A stretch of 64,000 nucleotides of DNA from an uncultured Verrucomicrobiae bacterium (GCA_963712025.1 CAVQGJ010000010.1:262886-326885), one strand, 5' to 3'; positions 1 to 10,468 are shown, numbered from the stretch's first letter. Notes: generated from the sequence alone by a model not told the origin. Program-made: numbers and translations.

Positions 1-556
1 GGCTTCTTCCTTGAGATGGTCCATCACCTCGTCAAACGGCTCGTGGTCGTCCTTGCCGAGCTTCTGCACGCCCATGACGACGTCGCCGTACATCTGCACG
101 AACCGGCGATAGCAATCCCACGCCCAACGCGCGTTGCCTGATTTCTTGGCGAGCACTTCCACCGTCTCGTCGTTCAGACCGAGGTTCAAAATCGTGTCCA
201 TCATGCCGGGCATCGACTCCCGCGCGCCCGACCGCACCGACACCAGCAGCGGGTCCTGGCGGTCGCCGAACTTCTTGCCCGGTGACCGTTTCGAGCTTCG
301 CCAGCGCCGTGTTCACCTGCTCGGTCAACACTTTCGGGTACGACTTCTTGTTCGCGTAATAGTAGGTGCAGACTTCCGTGGTGATCGTGAATCCCGGGGG
401 CACCGGCAACCCGATCCGCGTCATCTCATGCAGGTTCGCGCCTTTGCCGCCGAGCAACGGCTTCTGTCCGCCATTGCCGTCGGCCTTGCCACCACCAAAG
501 AAATAGACGTACTTCGACGACTTCTTGACTGAACTTTTTGACTTCTTCGTAGCCAT
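1..556 (-). CDS. ppdK: Pyruvate, phosphate dikinase, N-terminal part; gene continues beyond the window edge. Reading frame is broken by one extra base near 277-282.
   Basis: N-terminus MATKKSKSS...[45 protein letters not shown] is canonical PPDK. After ...LAKLETVTG the frame is lost; shifting by one base restores [37 protein letters not shown]. Confidence 0.85.
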
Positions 557-620
557 GTTCGTGAGCTTCCTCTATGTGAGTTTGTACTGCCTGATCAGAG
601 GCAGGAGCCGATTTTCCAAA

Positions 621-1244
621 TCAACGGGGGTAACGCCACAGCCACTCTACCAAACCCGCCCCCCCTGTCAACGCACTTTCGGCATTGGCGGTGTAGCGTG
701 CGCTGTCCCCAGCGCATCCGGCTACCTCGTTAAGCGACTTCATCAATTCACGCACGCGCTTGCCGAGTTCGGTGATCTTTTCCCGGTACTCCATGCGTTC
801 GTCCCCGAGATGGCGTAACGGTTCCCAGTCGACGTATTGCCGCTCAAGGATAATGCGGACGATCTCGTCGGCCTTCTTGGCTTTCGGATCGTCAAGTTGA
901 TCCGGGCGCACGTAGATCAGCGGCAGGATTAGATCGGTGCGCTTGCGCTCCTTCTCGTAAGCGGCGAAATCAACGAACTCCTTGCGACAAGGCTCGCTAA
1001 ACAGGTAGCCCGGGGTTACGACGGGAATAAAAAAGGCGGCATCAACTAGTCCCTTGTCGATGGCCTCCTCCCATCGCTGTCCCCACTGGATCTGGTCTAT
1101 GTCCTGCCAAATGATGATTTTTTGTCCGGTCAGCGTTCCGATCTCATGCTCAAGATTGACACGCAATTTGCTGAGGTAGTCCCCATCGTTCTTGTTGTCG
1201 AGGTGCCGGTAGCTAAAGAAACCCATCATGGAAATTGATTTCAT
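621..1244 (-). CDS. Standalone TIR-domain protein, 207 aa: TIR core plus a charged tail of about 80 aa.
   Basis: MMGFFSYRHLDNKND...IIIWQDIDQIQWGQRWEEAIDKGLVDAAFFIPVVTPGYLFSEPCRKEFVDF..LILPLIYV matches bacterial TIR motifs: FxSY, W.D, the SxxC..E helix with a putative catalytic Glu, and a hydrophobic LIPI-like strand. GC is about 53%, lower than the flanks. Confidence 0.6.
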   Translation of the reverse strand: MKSISMMGFFSYRHLDNKNDGDYLSKLRVNLEHEIGTLTGQKIIIWQDIDQIQWGQRWEEAIDKGLVDAAFFIPVVTPGYLFSEPCRKEFVDFAAYEKERKRTDLILPLIYVRPDQLDDPKAKKADEIVRIILERQYVDWEPLRHLGDERMEYREKITELGKRVRELMKSLNEVAGCAGDSARYTANAESALTGGAGLVEWLWRYPR

Positions 1245-1368
1245 AGGGCGTGCTTAGTCCTCATTCCGAGATGATCGACAGGGCATCACAACGTAACGTC
1301 ATGCTGCCGATTGTAGTCAGTCCGAGGCCTTTCGGCAAGCTCGCTGCCGTTTCCGCGCGTCCCTTGTA

Positions 1369-1989
1369 CTATCTCCGCCACCGCCGCGAATTCTTGCCGC
1401 GATGAATGCGGACGGCGTAGCGCGCCTTCGCTTCCTTCACCTGAAACCCGATCTTGCGGCGTTTCGGTTCGGGCGGGGTGAGAAGTTGACGGATGGCTTC
1501 GAAGAGGTTGCGGATCGACTTGTCGTGGCCTTCAAATTTGCGCTCCAACTCGACCAGCTTCTGCGCGAGGTCCCGATTCGACGCCAGCATCTCGCGCAAC
1601 CGCACGAACGCGCGCACGACCCGAACGCTGGCTTGTACCGCCACCGGGCTGTTGAGCACACTGGCCAACATGATCGCGCCGTGCTCGGTGAAGACATACG
1701 GCAGTTTCCGCCGCCCTCCATGCTGAGGGGTGTCCACGGACGTCTTCCGTCTTCCTAAACTTGAAGTCGCAATTTGCGACTTCAAGTTTGCAACCTCTTG
1801 GCGCGTAAGCAGAAACGCAAAATCAGGCGGGAATCGATCAGCGTTGCGCCCGACCTGCTCGTTCAATCGCTTCGTTGTGACGCCATAGATCTCGGCGAGA
1901 TCAGAGTCGAGCATCACTTTCTGGCCGCGAATCAGATAGATCAGTCGTTCAATTCGTTCGACGGGCGCAACGGCCTTGTCGTCGCTCAT
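1369..1989 (-). CDS. ORF6N / KilA-N-like domain protein. The ORF is open up to 2121; the likely start is M at 1989.
   Basis: IERLIYLIRGQKVMLDSDLAEIYGVTTKRLNEQVGRNADRFPPDFAFLLTRQEV ... LPYVFTEHGAIMLASVLNSPVAVQASVRVVRAFVRLREML is the characteristic ORF6N domain signature. Confidence 0.7.
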   Translation of the reverse strand: MSDDKAVAPVERIERLIYLIRGQKVMLDSDLAEIYGVTTKRLNEQVGRNADRFPPDFAFLLTRQEVANLKSQIATSSLGRRKTSVDTPQHGGRRKLPYVFTEHGAIMLASVLNSPVAVQASVRVVRAFVRLREMLASNRDLAQKLVELERKFEGHDKSIRNLFEAIRQLLTPPEPKRRKIGFQVKEAKARYAVRIHRGKNSRRWRR

Positions 1990-2141
1990 TTGGCCGCCCA
2001 GTGTAGCGAGTTGCTTCCTCTTCGACAAGTACTCCCCACGGCGCCGTGCCGCGAGGTCACTGCCGGTCTGCTGCCTTGGCGCTCTCGCATTCCAGCCGAT
2101 CCTGTGAGAGATTTGTGCCATTCGGATAGGAGGACGAATCG

Positions 2142-3014
2142 ATGCGTTTGCAAAACAAGATCGCAGTGATCACCGGCGCCGGCACCGGCATCGGTGAAGC
2201 CATTGCTCACAAGTTCGCCCGCGAAGGCGCTCGCCTGCTCTTGAATGGCTTGCCGGGCGATCCGGTACAGGATGTCGCCCAGGCGATCATCAACGCCGGC
2301 GGTCAGGCGGAAGTCCAGCTCGGCGATGTCGCCGAAGAATCCGCGGCGCAAGCGTGCATCGATGCGGCCCTTCGTCGATATGGTGGCCTGGATGTGCTGG
2401 TGAACAACGCCGGCATCTTCATCGCCATCGTCGAAACGCAGGATTACCGCATCCAGGATTTCGACCGCACCCTGCGCAACAATCTCCGCACCGCCTTTCT
2501 CATGACCAAATTCGCCTTGCCTCATTTGCAGAAAAGCCGCGGGAACATCGTGTGCATGGGGTCCGAGGCGGGATTCAACGGCTCGCCGCGCTGCACGCCC
2601 TACGGCGGCACCAAGGGCTTCTTGCACGCGTTCGTCGCGGGCGTCGCCATCGAGCAGGCCAAATATGGCGTCCGCGCCAACTGCGTCTGTCCCGGCGCCA
2701 TCGACACCGCTTGGACCCGCGCCGGCAAAGGGCCGATGAGCGAGGCGATGGCCGATTCCATCAACAACGGAGTGCCCCTCGGCCGCCGCGGCACACCGGA
2801 GGAAATTGCCAACGTCGTCGCATTCCTCGCCTCCGACGAGGCGAGTTATGTCACCGGAGCGCGGTGGCTGGCCGATGGCGGCGTCACCCCGGCCAAGGGA
2901 AGTCCTGGACAATATGTGCCCGATCAATTGCGCCGCGCCCCGACGGGTGTGTTGTCATTGCGCCATTCGCACGACGGCGAGAATGGGAAGGAACTCTATC
3001 GCGCAGCCAAATAA
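2142..3014 (+). CDS. SDR-family short-chain dehydrogenase/reductase
   Basis: TGAGTGIGEAIA Rossmann motif, NNAG, catalytic YGGTK (YxxxK); 290 aa. Confidence 0.9.
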   Translation: MRLQNKIAVITGAGTGIGEAIAHKFAREGARLLLNGLPGDPVQDVAQAIINAGGQAEVQLGDVAEESAAQACIDAALRRYGGLDVLVNNAGIFIAIVETQDYRIQDFDRTLRNNLRTAFLMTKFALPHLQKSRGNIVCMGSEAGFNGSPRCTPYGGTKGFLHAFVAGVAIEQAKYGVRANCVCPGAIDTAWTRAGKGPMSEAMADSINNGVPLGRRGTPEEIANVVAFLASDEASYVTGARWLADGGVTPAKGSPGQYVPDQLRRAPTGVLSLRHSHDGENGKELYRAAK

Positions 3015-3049
3015 GACCGGAAGCCGGTAGGCCCGTCGCCCGCGAAAAG

Positions 3050-3123
3050 TGGAGCGGGCGATGGGAATCGAACCCACCTCACCAGCTTGGAAGGCTGGCG
3101 CATTACCACTATGCTACGCCCGC
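3050..3123 (-). tRNA. tRNA-Gly (anticodon TCC), 74 nt with encoded CCA
   Basis: The reverse complement reads GCGGGCGTAGCATAGTGGTAATGCGCCAGCCTTCCAAGCTGGTGAGGTGGGTTCGATTCCCATCGCCCGCTCCA: a 7-bp acceptor stem, anticodon loop CTTCCAA, and T-loop GGTTCGATTCC. Confidence 0.85.
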
Positions 3124-3201
3124 GCTCGCGCCGCCAACGTACACCAGCCGTCGCCAGAGCGTCAAGCGCAAGCCCCCCGACCGGGCAGTCGTCCGACCGC
3201 G

Positions 3202-4521
3202 TCACAACACACAGCACGGCGCCATCACGGCGTCGGGCATTCCGTGCAAAATCTTTTTGTTGGCCGGGCAAATCGTCGCCAGGATGCCGCCCAGTTTGGC
3301 GTCGTCGCCCACCACGAAGTAGTACGGACACAACCGCACGCGCGCGCTGAACGGGCGCACTTCATCGGTCTCGAAATCGACGTACTGCGCGTCGAACAAT
3401 TTCGAGTTCTCGAATCTCTGGAGGATGAATGGATGCGTGGCGAACCCGCTCAGCGCCTGCTCAATCGCTTCCGCCCACTCGCTCGCCGGCAGATCGTGGC
3501 CGACGTACACGCCGCGGCTGCCCCACGCCCGGTCGCTGAAGCCGGAGATTTTCAGGACCAGTTCGCGCTGCTTTTGGGAAAACTTCGCCATGTCGCGCCA
3601 GTCGTGGATGCCGAGTTCGGGAATCACCGCGTGCGGCGGCAATGGCGCGGGATCAAAAATCCATGTGTACGGCAGGACCTCCCGCAAGACCGCGAGCGTC
3701 TCGCCGCCGAGTTGCTCCCGCCAGAACGCGCGCAATTGCTCCATCCACAGGAAGGCGAAGAGCATTTTCTCCTCAAGCTGGGGCTTGAATGGCGGCGTCA
3801 CATGCGCCTCGCCGTGCGCCGCGGCATCCATCAACGCCTTCGCATTCGGCACGTTCGGCAAATCGAACAACTCAAAGAACCGGTAGACGACCGCGGTTTT
3901 GTCGAACCCTGTCAACTCCTCCGGGCGCACAACGCGGAACCCGACCTGCCGTCCGAGCCATTCCATTTCGGGGCGATACGTCGCGGCTTCATCCGACACC
4001 ACCACGACCGCCAGCGCCTCGCCGCTTTTCGCTTCCGCGCGCAAAACGGCGTCGAATCCCTCCATCATCCCGTGCGTACCGCCGACAATCGGGTCTCCCA
4101 ACTCGCCGTACGTCTTCCCGAGCCAGCCGGTCAGGCCGATGCCGCCCGGCACCGAATCGAGTTCGGCGAGGAAAAAATGGTCGTTGGTGAGGATCACGTC
4201 GGGACGAATCACGCGCGGAACATGACCCTTGAAGCGGCCGAGACGGGAAAACTCGATCAACTCCTTCGGCTTGCCCGCGTCGAGGTAGTCCGCGATCCAC
4301 GAGGGCAGCTTGCCCTCGACGCTGTGCCGGTACATCACGTTGGCGGCGCGGTAAAACGCCAGCAGATGCGGCCCGAGCGCTTCGAGTCGGGTGACGATGT
4401 CGCGGGAGAGCGGGAAAGCTTCCGGCGAAATTCGCCAGGTCGCGCCGGCAAACAAACCGCCCGCTGGCAGTTGATCGCGAACGTATTGCGCCCGCTGCGA
4501 CGGTTTGGCGTCGGTCATCAT
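3202..4521 (-). CDS. Uncharacterized 439-aa protein; tentatively ATP-grasp-like, glutathionylspermidine-synthase type.
   Basis: Single clean ORF ending 3 bp from proA. Internal ...[18 protein letters not shown]... weakly resembles the NKxxLxxLW motif of GSP-synthetase-like ATP-grasp enzymes; no strong signature recognised. Confidence 0.45.
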   Translation of the reverse strand: MMTDAKPSQRAQYVRDQLPAGGLFAGATWRISPEAFPLSRDIVTRLEALGPHLLAFYRAANVMYRHSVEGKLPSWIADYLDAGKPKELIEFSRLGRFKGHVPRVIRPDVILTNDHFFLAELDSVPGGIGLTGWLGKTYGELGDPIVGGTHGMMEGFDAVLRAEAKSGEALAVVVVSDEAATYRPEMEWLGRQVGFRVVRPEELTGFDKTAVVYRFFELFDLPNVPNAKALMDAAAHGEAHVTPPFKPQLEEKMLFAFLWMEQLRAFWREQLGGETLAVLREVLPYTWIFDPAPLPPHAVIPELGIHDWRDMAKFSQKQRELVLKISGFSDRAWGSRGVYVGHDLPASEWAEAIEQALSGFATHPFILQRFENSKLFDAQYVDFETDEVRPFSARVRLCPYYFVVGDDAKLGGILATICPANKKILHGMPDAVMAPCCVL

Positions 4522-5763
4522 TCCCGCAATTGGCCGTCGCCAACGACAACGAACTTGTGGCTGGTCAATTCCTCCAGGCCCATCGGGCCTCGGGCGTGGA
4601 TTTTGTCCGTGGAAATCCCAATCTCCGCGCCAAACCCGTATTGTGCGCCGTCAGCCAGGCGCGTGCTGGCGTTCCAGAACACGCTCGAGCTGTCCACTTC
4701 GCGCAGGAATTTTTCGGCGGTCGCCTTGTTGCCCGTGACAATCGCATCGCTGTGGGCCGACCCGTATTTCGTGATGTGGTCGATGGCCTCGTCCACGCCG
4801 TTGACGACGCGCACGGCAAGAATCAGGTCAAGATACTCCGCGTACCAATCGGCTTCGGTCGCCGAACTTGCATTGGACACGAGCTTACGCGTCCGGTCGT
4901 CGCCGCGGAGTTCGACCTTGTTTTCCGCGAGTGCTTTCGCCACACGCGGCAGAAATTTGTCGGCGATCTTGTCGTCGATGAGCAGCGTCTCGATGGCGTT
5001 GCACACGCCGGGCCGCTGGCATTTGGCGTTGATGACGATCTTCTCCGCCATGTCGAAATCGGCGTCACGGTCGACGTACACGTGGCACACGCCCTTGTAG
5101 TGTTTGATGACGGGGATGCGTGATTTTTCCGCCACGGCGCGAATCAATCCCTCCCCGCCGCGCGGGATGCAAAGGTTGATCAGGTCATCGAGTTTCAGTA
5201 ACTCGTCGATAGCGGCGCGGTCCGTCGTCGGGACGACCGTGATGCTGTTCGGCGGCAGCCCGGGCACATTCATCGCCTCGGCGATGGCGAGGTTGCTGTG
5301 AGATCGCCTCCGAACCGCCGCGCAGGATCACCGCGTTGCCGGTCTTGAAACACAGGCACCCGGCGTCGGCGGTCACGTTCGGGCGCGACTCGTAAATGAT
5401 CAGGATCACGCCGATGGGCACGCGCACTTTCCGAATGCGAATCCCGTTCGGACGCGTCCATTCGTTGATGGTTGTCCCCACCGGGTCGGGCAAAGCCGCC
5501 ACTTCGCGGACGCCCTTCGCCATTTCCGCAATGCGTTTGTCGGTAAGCGTCAACCGATCGAGCATCGCCGATGAAAGCCCCGACTTCTTGCCCGCATCGA
5601 GATCCCTCGCGTTGGCCGACTTGATCGCGGCAGCGGATTTTTCGATCCCGTTGGCCATGGCCCGCAGCAGCGCGTTCTTTTTGTCCGCGTCAAACTTCGC
5701 GAGCGCGCGCGAGGCATCCCGCGACCGCTCGGCCAACAATCGTATCTGTTGTTTCAAATCCAT
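4518..5763 (-). CDS. proA: Gamma-glutamyl phosphate reductase; frameshifted by one extra base near 5298-5301.
   Basis: N-part (ORF 5185-5763): [53 protein letters not shown]-part (ORF 4518-5273): [45 protein letters not shown]. Removing one base joins GGSEAI(H)[16 protein letters not shown]. Confidence 0.9.
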
Positions 5764-6834
5764 TTAGAGGATCACCATGTCATCCCGATGAATCACCACA
5801 CCCGTGGCCGACTTGATTTGGATGCCGCCAACCTTCGTCAGGCCGCGCGCAAATTCAACCTGATTCTTGTCGCGGACGCTGACGAGGTCGCCTTCCTCGA
5901 ATTTCCCATCCGACGAAACTATCCCTTTGGCCAGCAAGCTTTTACCCTTGGCGCACAGGGCCTCTTTCGCGCCATCATCGACCACCACCACGCCGGCGGG
6001 ATGTTGGAAAAACGCAATCCAGCGCTTGCGGCTCGCCAATTTGTCCGCGTGCGGCAGGAAGATCGTCCCGACCTCGTCGCCGGCCAGGATGTCGCGGAGA
6101 ATGTTCGCGCGCTCGCCATTGGCGATGACGAGCGGGATGCCGGCGCGCGTCACGATCTTTGCCGCGTCGATCTTCGACTTCATCCCGCCAACGCTCGTCG
6201 TGCGGTCCGTGTCGCCCGCGAGCGATTCGATCTCGCGGGTGATTTCGGGCACGGCGGGAATGACGCGGCCTTCCCCTTCCAGCAATCCCTCGACATGCGA
6301 GAGGATGACCAGCAAATCCGCGTCGATGAGCGTCGCCGCCAGCGCGCCGAGCCGGTCGTTATCGCCGAACTTGATTTCCTCGACCGCGACCGTGTCGTTC
6401 TCGTTGATGATCGGCACCGCGCCGTGCCCGAGGAGCGTGGCCAGCGTGTTATGCGCGTTGAGGTGGCGCGTCCGGTCCTTCAAATCGTCATGGGTCAGTA
6501 AAATCTGCGCGACGGTAATGCCGAATTTCCCGAACAACTCGTCGTACACGGCCATCAATTTGCTCTGGCCGATGGCGGCGGCGGCCTGGAGTTCGTCGAG
6601 CCGTTTCGGGCGCTGTTTCAGGCCAAGCTCGGCCATGCCCGCGCCGATCGCGCCAGACGACACGATGATGATCTGCTTTTTCAGTTCGTGGAGCGTCGCG
6701 ATCTGCGCGACCAACCCCTCGATCTGCCGCGCCGAAAGATGGTTCTGCGCATCGGTGAGCAAACCCGTCCCGAGCTTGATGACGATGCGGTTCACCTTGG
6801 CGAGTATTTCGTGGCGGAGTTTCATAAGAGCCAT
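5764..6834 (-). CDS. proB: Glutamate 5-kinase with C-terminal PUA domain
   Basis: IVIKLGTGLLT...IIIVSSGAIGAG...VPIINENDTVAVEEIKFGDNDRLGALAATLIDADLLVILSHVEGL; it lies directly upstream of proA on the same strand. Confidence 0.92.
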   Translation of the reverse strand: MALMKLRHEILAKVNRIVIKLGTGLLTDAQNHLSARQIEGLVAQIATLHELKKQIIIVSSGAIGAGMAELGLKQRPKRLDELQAAAAIGQSKLMAVYDELFGKFGITVAQILLTHDDLKDRTRHLNAHNTLATLLGHGAVPIINENDTVAVEEIKFGDNDRLGALAATLIDADLLVILSHVEGLLEGEGRVIPAVPEITREIESLAGDTDRTTSVGGMKSKIDAAKIVTRAGIPLVIANGERANILRDILAGDEVGTIFLPHADKLASRKRWIAFFQHPAGVVVVDDGAKEALCAKGKSLLAKGIVSSDGKFEEGDLVSVRDKNQVEFARGLTKVGGIQIKSATGVVIHRDDMVIL

Positions 6835-6952
6835 AATTTCTTACCAGAATTCGGCAAACGTGTCGAGTGAATGGGCACGACAGCAGGCGCGATAAGGCTT
6901 CGCGCGCTTCGTCTGCTTCGTGGGCAGACGGCTGGATGGCGCGCCGGACTCA

Positions 6953-7705
6953 TCACTTCTCTATCATCAAGTGCACGGCCACGATCACGCCGAACACCAC
7001 GACCGCGCCTCGCAGGATGCGGGGTGACAACCGTTGCGCCGTCTTCGCGCCGATGAAACCGCCGGCGATGGCCGCCAACGCCATGGCCAGCGCGATGGTC
7101 AGGATCGCCATGCCCTTGACGATGAAATACAGCGCCGCGGTGCCGTTGATGAGCGTGGCAAAAAAGTTCTTCATGCCGTTGGCGGCCTGCAAATCTTCCG
7201 GCAGAAAAATCGCCATCGCCGCCAGCATCAGTATCCCGATTCCCGCGCCAAAATAGCCGCCATAGACCGCGATGGCGAATTGGGACAACCACAGAGCCGC
7301 CGCGTGCTTCTTCGGGTGTGCGTCGGCCCGTTTCGACATCCAGCGTCCGATGGGCTCGTTGAGCAGGAGCAACCCGCACGCAAGCAGGATCAGGTACGGC
7401 ACGATGTAACGAAAAACGGACTCGGGCGTGTTCAGCAACAGGATCGCGCCCGTCAGCCCGCCCAGCACCGACGGGACCGACAACACCCAGACGCGCGCGC
7501 GGTTCTCCCTCAATTGCCGCCGGTACGCCCACGAACTCGTCACCGAGCCGGGCCAGATGGCCGCCGTGCTCGTCGCGTTGGCGGTGATCGACGACATGCC
7601 GCTATACAGCAGCGCCGGGAACGTGAGCAGCGTGCCGCCGCCCGCCACGGCATTGACAAAGCCCGCGCCGAACGCCGCGAGCAGGCTGACCCAGTAGATT
7701 TGCAT
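6953..7705 (-). CDS. TauE/SafE (DUF81) family sulfite/anion exporter; likely start MQIYWVSLL at 7705.
   Basis: Polytopic membrane protein with GAGFVNAVAGGGTLLTFPALL and the repeated G-rich half YGGYFGAGIGILMLAAM typical of TauE/SafE. Confidence 0.8.
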   Translation of the reverse strand: MQIYWVSLLAAFGAGFVNAVAGGGTLLTFPALLYSGMSSITANATSTAAIWPGSVTSSWAYRRQLRENRARVWVLSVPSVLGGLTGAILLLNTPESVFRYIVPYLILLACGLLLLNEPIGRWMSKRADAHPKKHAAALWLSQFAIAVYGGYFGAGIGILMLAAMAIFLPEDLQAANGMKNFFATLINGTAALYFIVKGMAILTIALAMALAAIAGGFIGAKTAQRLSPRILRGAVVVFGVIVAVHLMIEK

Positions 7706-7750
7706 ACGATTGGTTGCGCAGCATAACAAAGTTCTGCTAGCGTCACAAAC

Positions 7751-8930
7751 ATGCCTTCTGTCATCTTAAAAAAGGGCCGGGAACATCGCCTCTACGCGGG
7801 CCATAGCTGGGTGTACTCGGGCGAGATTGCCGACATCACCAGCAACCCGAAAGACGGCGACGCCGTCGACATCCGCGACCACAAAGAGCGCTTCATGGGG
7901 CGCGGACTGCTCAACACCCGCTCGCAAATCACCGTCCGCCGGTTCACGACGCAGAAAGAGGAGATCGACAGATCATTCTTCGCCCGCCGCATCGAGGCGG
8001 CGCTGGAATACCGACGCGAAAACACGTCCATTGCCGATGCGGAAGCGTTTCGGCTGGTGTCCACGGAGAGCGACCAGGTGCCCGGACTCATCGTCGACCA
8101 GTACGGCGACCACGTCGTCTTGCAGGCGCTCACGCTCGGCATCGATCAGCGCAAGCAACAGATCATCGAGGTCCTCCGCGAGATCGTTCAGCCGAAGGCC
8201 ATCGTCGAACGGAGCGACGTTCCCAGCCGCAAGCTGGAAGGGTTGGAGGAAACGAAGGGCGTGCTCGTCGGCGAGACCGATGCGGTCGTCCGCGTGCAGT
8301 TCAACCAGTTCTCCATCGAGGTCAACCTGCTCGAGGACCAGAAGACGGGTTTCTTTCTCGACCAGCGCGACAACTACGCCGAGGTCGCGCGCCACTGCGC
8401 GGGCAAACGCGTGCTCGATTGTTTCACCTACCACGGCGGGTTTGCGCTGGCGGCGGCAGTCGGTGACGCCAAGAGCACCGAGGCCGTCGAGATTTCCGAT
8501 CAGGCCGTGGCCCGGGCGCGCAAGAACGCCGAACTCAACGGGCTGACCGGGCAAGATCGAGTTCGTGTGCGCCAACGCGTTCGACGTGTTGAAGAAATAC
8601 GATGTCGAGAAGCGCCAGTACGACGTGATCGTGCTCGATCCGCCGTCGTTCACGCGCACGAAACAGAACGTGGGCGACGCGCTGCGCGGGTACAAGGAAA
8701 TCAACCTGCGCGCGCTGAAGATGCTGCCGCCGGGCGGCCTGCTGGCGACGTTCACCTGCTCGCACCACATCGATGCCGAGCTGTTCAAGTCCGTCGTGCT
8801 CGATGCCGCCGCCGACGCCAAGAAGACGGTGCGTCTCGTGAAAGTGCTCACCCAATCGCCCGACCATCCGATCCTGCCGGCAATACCGGAGACGGAATAT
8901 TTGCGGGGGCTGTTGCTGGAGGTGATGTGA
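7751..8930 (+). CDS. rlmI: 23S rRNA (cytosine-C5) methyltransferase, RlmI-like (PUA + class I SAM MTase); frameshifted by one extra base at about 8547-8551.
   Basis: N-part: ...PGLIVDQYGDHVVLQ..LDCFTYHGGFALAAA..NAELNGLTG. The frame then switches, and ORF 8565-8930 gives (GK)IEFVCANAFDVLKKY..YDVIVLDPPSFTRTKQNVGDALRGYKEINLRALKMLPPGGLLATFTCSHHI. Confidence 0.85.
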
Positions 8931-10450
8931 TGACGCAGGCGGTCGAACCGAAGCTCCGTGAATTGAAGAATCGGTTGGTGGAGATCGACGATCTGCGGCG
9001 CGCCTCGGCGGTGCTGGGTTGGGACCAGGCGACGTATATGCCGCCCGGCGGGGCGGAGGCGCGGGGTCGGCAAACGGCGACGCTGGACCGGCTGGCGCAC
9101 GAGAAGTTCACCGATGCGGCGATTGGGCAACTGCTGGACGATCTGAAGCCATTCGAGGAATCACTGCCGTACGATTCCGATGAAGCGGCGTTGATTCGGG
9201 TGACCCGGCGCGAGTACGAGCGGGCGGTGAAAGTGCCGTCGGCGTTCGTCGCGAAATTCAGCGCGCACGTCGCGGCCACGTATGAAACCTGGGTGAAGGC
9301 GCGGCCGGCGAACGATTTTGCGTCGGTGCGGCCAATGTTGGAAAGGACGATCGAGTACAGCCGTGAGATGGCGAACTTTTTCCCCGGTTACGATCACATT
9401 GCCGATCCCCTGATTGATTTCGTCGATTACGGGATGAAAGCGGCGACCGTGAGCGCGTTGTTTGCGGAATTGCGGAAGGATCTCGTGCCGCTGGTGCAGG
9501 CGATCACGGCCCAGCCCGTGGCCGATGAGTCGTGTATCCGCCAGAGGTTTCCCGAGGCGGAACAGCTCGCGTTCGGGCGCGAGGTCGTGAAGCAGCTTGG
9601 CTACGACTTCAATCGGGGACGACAGGACAAGACGCGGCATCCGTTTCAAACGACATTTTCGCTGGGCGACGTGCGGATCACGACGCGGGTGAAGGACAAC
9701 GATCTCGGCGATGCGCTGTTCAGCACGATCCATGAGGCGGGTCACGCGATGTACGAACAGGGGATTCGGCCCGAACTGGAAGGCACGCCGCTGGCGCATG
9801 GGACGTCGTCGGGCGTCCACGAAAGCCAGTCGCGGCTGTGGGAGAACGTCGTGGGACGTGGTCGCGGCTTCTGGGAATATTTCTATCCGAAATTGCAGGC
9901 GGCGTTTTCGCTGCAACTCGACGACGAGCCGCTCGATACGTTCTATCGGGCGATCAACGAGGTCGAGCGCTCACTGATTCGCACTGATGCGGACGAGGTA
10001 ACGTACAATTTGCACGTGACGATCCGGTTCGACCTCGAATTGCAATTGCTTGAAGGCAAACTCGCCGTGCGCGATTTGCCGGAGGCATGGCGGGCGCGAT
10101 ACAAGAGCGATCTGGGAATCGCGTCGCCTGACGACCGCGATGGCGTGTTGCAGGACGTGCATTGGTACGGCGGACAGATCGGCGGGGTGTTTCAGGGGTA
10201 CACGCTCGGCAACATCCTCAGCGCGCAGTTTTACGGGGCGGCAACGAAAGCGTTGCCGGAAATTCCCAACCAGATTGCGCGCGGCGAATTCGCCACGCTT
10301 CACGGGTGGCTCCAGGAAAACATCTACCAGCACGGCAGCAAGTTCACCGCGAACGAGATTGTGAAGCGAGCGACGGGGCAAGATCTAACGATTGAGCCGT
10401 ACATTCGGTATTTGCGGACGAAGTACGGGGAGTTGTACAGACTCGGATAG
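8930..10450 (+). CDS. Carboxypeptidase Taq (M32) family metallopeptidase
   Basis: Start MTQAVEPK overlaps the rlmI stop (TGATG). HEAGHAMYEQG zinc motif, HESQSRLWEN and IRTDADEVTYNLH are typical of the M32 family. Confidence 0.9.
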   Translation: MTQAVEPKLRELKNRLVEIDDLRRASAVLGWDQATYMPPGGAEARGRQTATLDRLAHEKFTDAAIGQLLDDLKPFEESLPYDSDEAALIRVTRREYERAVKVPSAFVAKFSAHVAATYETWVKARPANDFASVRPMLERTIEYSREMANFFPGYDHIADPLIDFVDYGMKAATVSALFAELRKDLVPLVQAITAQPVADESCIRQRFPEAEQLAFGREVVKQLGYDFNRGRQDKTRHPFQTTFSLGDVRITTRVKDNDLGDALFSTIHEAGHAMYEQGIRPELEGTPLAHGTSSGVHESQSRLWENVVGRGRGFWEYFYPKLQAAFSLQLDDEPLDTFYRAINEVERSLIRTDADEVTYNLHVTIRFDLELQLLEGKLAVRDLPEAWRARYKSDLGIASPDDRDGVLQDVHWYGGQIGGVFQGYTLGNILSAQFYGAATKALPEIPNQIARGEFATLHGWLQENIYQHGSKFTANEIVKRATGQDLTIEPYIRYLRTKYGELYRLG

Positions 10451-10468
10451 TACTGCTGGGCGTTAAGA

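Noticed and set aside
621-2121. Canonical Thoeris system (ThsB TIR + ThsA)
   Set aside because: No SIR2/SLOG/Macro-domain ThsA-like gene is adjacent; the neighbour is an ORF6N protein. It is therefore reported only as a non-canonical TIR pair.
1986-2927. 313-aa minus-strand ORF
   Set aside because: It is antisense to the clear SDR gene and low-complexity.
557-3049. Direct repeat of the tRNA-Gly 3' end delimiting an integrated island
   Set aside because: No copy of TGGAGCGGGCGATGGGAATCGAACCC or a shorter 3'-end fragment was found by eye in the intergenic regions to the left, so island boundaries remain unproven.
3049-5100. 683-aa plus-strand ORF spanning the tRNA-Gly and the genes at 3202-5273
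   Set aside because: It lies antisense to well-supported minus-strand genes (the ATP-grasp-like gene and proA) and overlaps the tRNA. It is Arg/Ala/Pro-rich and low-complexity, which is the typical spurious ORF of high-GC DNA.
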